Notes under the pieces: model-generated | Databases searched by the model: none | Told to the model about the DNA's origin: nothing | The model's input: the letters and a program-made list of their open reading frames with translations, nothing else | Translations under genes and position numbers: made by a program | Part shown: one piece after another, positions 53,593 through 55,114 of the stretch | How the letters are laid out: the number at the start of each line of letters is the position of its first letter | How positions within the stretch are numbered: the first letter of the stretch is position 1 | Assembly: GCA_045546555.1 (NCBI GenBank) | Contig: JAZQCY010000092.1 | Coordinates: forward strand, 1 to 55,114 | Direction of reading: 5' to 3' | Length of the DNA: 55,114 bases | Source: Acutalibacteraceae bacterium | GTDB lineage: Bacteria; Bacillota; Clostridia; Oscillospirales; Acutalibacteraceae

Positions 53593-54912
53593 ATGGCAAA
53601 CGTAAAGGTTGATTTTAACAAGGCTTTAGGCCCTATCAAGCACATCAATGCGGTCAACAACGGACCCATTAAAAAGGGACACAGTCAGCATCTTGATAAT
53701 TTCGAAGCGTATAAGGAGCTCAACATCCCTTATGCACGCAACCACGATGCATCTTTGTGCTATGAGTACGGACTTCACCACTCGGTGGACGTCAACAAGA
53801 TCTTCCGTGATTTTGATGCCGACCCCGAAAACCCCGATAATTACGACTTTTTTCTGACCGATCAATACATTGCCACAACGCTTGAGGCAGGCACCGAAAC
53901 CTATTACCGCCTTGGTGAAAGCATCGAGCATTGGGATAAAAAGTATGACACCCTGCCGCCCAAGGATTTTAAGAAATGGGCGGTCATCTGCGAGCATATC
54001 ATCGCCCACTATAACGAGGGTTGGGCCAGCGGTTTTCATTACAATATAAAATATTGGGAGATATGGAACGAGCCCGAGACCGAGGAGGGTCAGGATCCCA
54101 TAACCAAAAACACCTGGGGCGGTACCACCGAGCAGTTTTTTGAGTTTTTTGCCACGGCCGCAAAGCACCTCAAAAACCGTTTCCCCGATATAAAGATCGG
54201 CGGCCCTGCACTTTGCTGGCTGCACGAATGGGGTGCGAGCTTTTGCAAGTATATGAAGGCTCATAATGTACCGTTGGATTTTTATTCGTGGCACATATAC
54301 ACCGACAAGGTTTGGAAGCTGAAAGCCGATGCCGAAAACGTCCGCCGCTATCTTGATGAGGCCGGCTATAAAAACACCGAAAGCCATTGTAACGAGTGGA
54401 ACTACGTAAAAAGCTGGTGGGGCGGCTTTGCCGATACCTTGGTCGATATTGCCGACATTAAGGGTGCCGCATTTATCGCCGCCATGATGATAGAGGCACA
54501 GCATTGCCCCATTGATATGATGATGTACTACGACTTCAGGGTGCATTGCGTTTTCAACGGAGCGTTTGATTGTGTCACCCTGCGTCCAAGAAAGCCATAT
54601 TACACCTTTTTAGCCATAGCCAAGCTTATCGCAACGGGTGACGAGTGCGAAAGTGTCAGCGACGACGGAGACGTTTACAGCCTTACCGCATCGGGCAACG
54701 GAAAATCGGGCGTGTTGGTCTACTACACCCACGAGGACGACCCCAAGGACAAGGAGATAACCCTTATGCTTAACGGTTGCTCCGACAATGTTTCGTTCAC
54801 CTTGCTTACCGTAGACAAGACCTTTGAAAGGGTAGAGGACATCAAGGTAGAAAGCGGCAAGGCAACCTTCACTCTGCCACCGCAATCGCTGGTATACTAC
54901 TGCGAGGAATAA
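53593..54912 (+). CDS. Cytoplasmic clan GH-A (beta/alpha)8 glycoside hydrolase, GH39-like
   Basis: 439 aa with no signal peptide. RNHDAS and YWEIWNEPE (the NEP acid/base motif of clan GH-A) at typical spacing. RBS AAGGAGGA. The family assignment is tentative. Confidence 0.65.
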   Translation: MANVKVDFNKALGPIKHINAVNNGPIKKGHSQHLDNFEAYKELNIPYARNHDASLCYEYGLHHSVDVNKIFRDFDADPENPDNYDFFLTDQYIATTLEAGTETYYRLGESIEHWDKKYDTLPPKDFKKWAVICEHIIAHYNEGWASGFHYNIKYWEIWNEPETEEGQDPITKNTWGGTTEQFFEFFATAAKHLKNRFPDIKIGGPALCWLHEWGASFCKYMKAHNVPLDFYSWHIYTDKVWKLKADAENVRRYLDEAGYKNTESHCNEWNYVKSWWGGFADTLVDIADIKGAAFIAAMMIEAQHCPIDMMMYYDFRVHCVFNGAFDCVTLRPRKPYYTFLAIAKLIATGDECESVSDDGDVYSLTASGNGKSGVLVYYTHEDDPKDKEITLMLNGCSDNVSFTLLTVDKTFERVEDIKVESGKATFTLPPQSLVYYCEE

Positions 54913-55114
54913 AAGAAAATCCACATATAAACAAAAAACACAAGGCGTGGAGCGTTCAGTTAGGGATAATTCGCCCAAAGCAGCGCCTTTTTGACGCATT
55001 AGACCAACAAAAATTCATCTGTTTTGGGTGCTATGCAGTTTTGTAGGATGAAATTTGAAGTAACTGCGAAGTTGAAAAATGCAGGAATACTGCCGTATTT
55101 CAAGGCTTTTCAAC

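Noticed and set aside
52373-54546. 384-aa and 306-aa minus-strand ORFs opposite pheT and the GH39-like gene
   Set aside because: Antisense shadows with no start context. The sense-strand genes carry clear family motifs.
54913-55114. Possible 3' end of a minus-strand gene entering from beyond the window, with a candidate terminator around 54942-54990
   Set aside because: Only about 30 codons are open in one frame, with unconvincing composition. The proposed hairpin has a 37-nt loop. There is too little sequence to support a feature.

Overview
The window looks like a chromosomal segment of a spore-forming Clostridia anaerobe. The evidence is spoIIE, two T-box leaders, TTGACA/TATAAT-type promoters, GGAGG ribosome-binding sites and a SipW-type signal peptide. 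An Oscillospiraceae/Ruminococcaceae-like gut organism is my inference only. Housekeeping genes are well supported by motifs: hppA, spoIIE, folD, lgt, an M16 peptidase pair, mfd, pth, thrS, GTP-PEPCK, pheS and pheT. Accessory loci lie between them. (1) An AraC-divergent, translationally coupled redox operon encodes a short OYE with an Fe-S motif, an SDR, a fumarate-reductase-like flavoprotein and an unknown protein. (2) An ECF sigma factor with a sigmaX/W-like promoter is coupled to a 734-aa orphan membrane protein directly upstream of spoIIE. (3) A monocistronic 555-aa TasA/camelysin-like protein has a SipW-type signal peptide but no sipW nearby. (4) Four paralogous lipoproteins carry a C-terminal GH16 (ExDxxE) domain; three are in tandem and their upstream control DNA was duplicated with them. 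(5) GTAG-headed GC-rich hairpin modules (REP/BIME-like) sit in at least three intergenic sites, one of them inside the thrS leader. A separate 100-bp MITE-like element is also present. No CRISPR array, rRNA, transposase or recognisable defence system was seen. All functional calls come from motifs read by eye, with no database search, and starts were chosen from RBS context. Many long antisense ORFs in the track are shadows of real genes.
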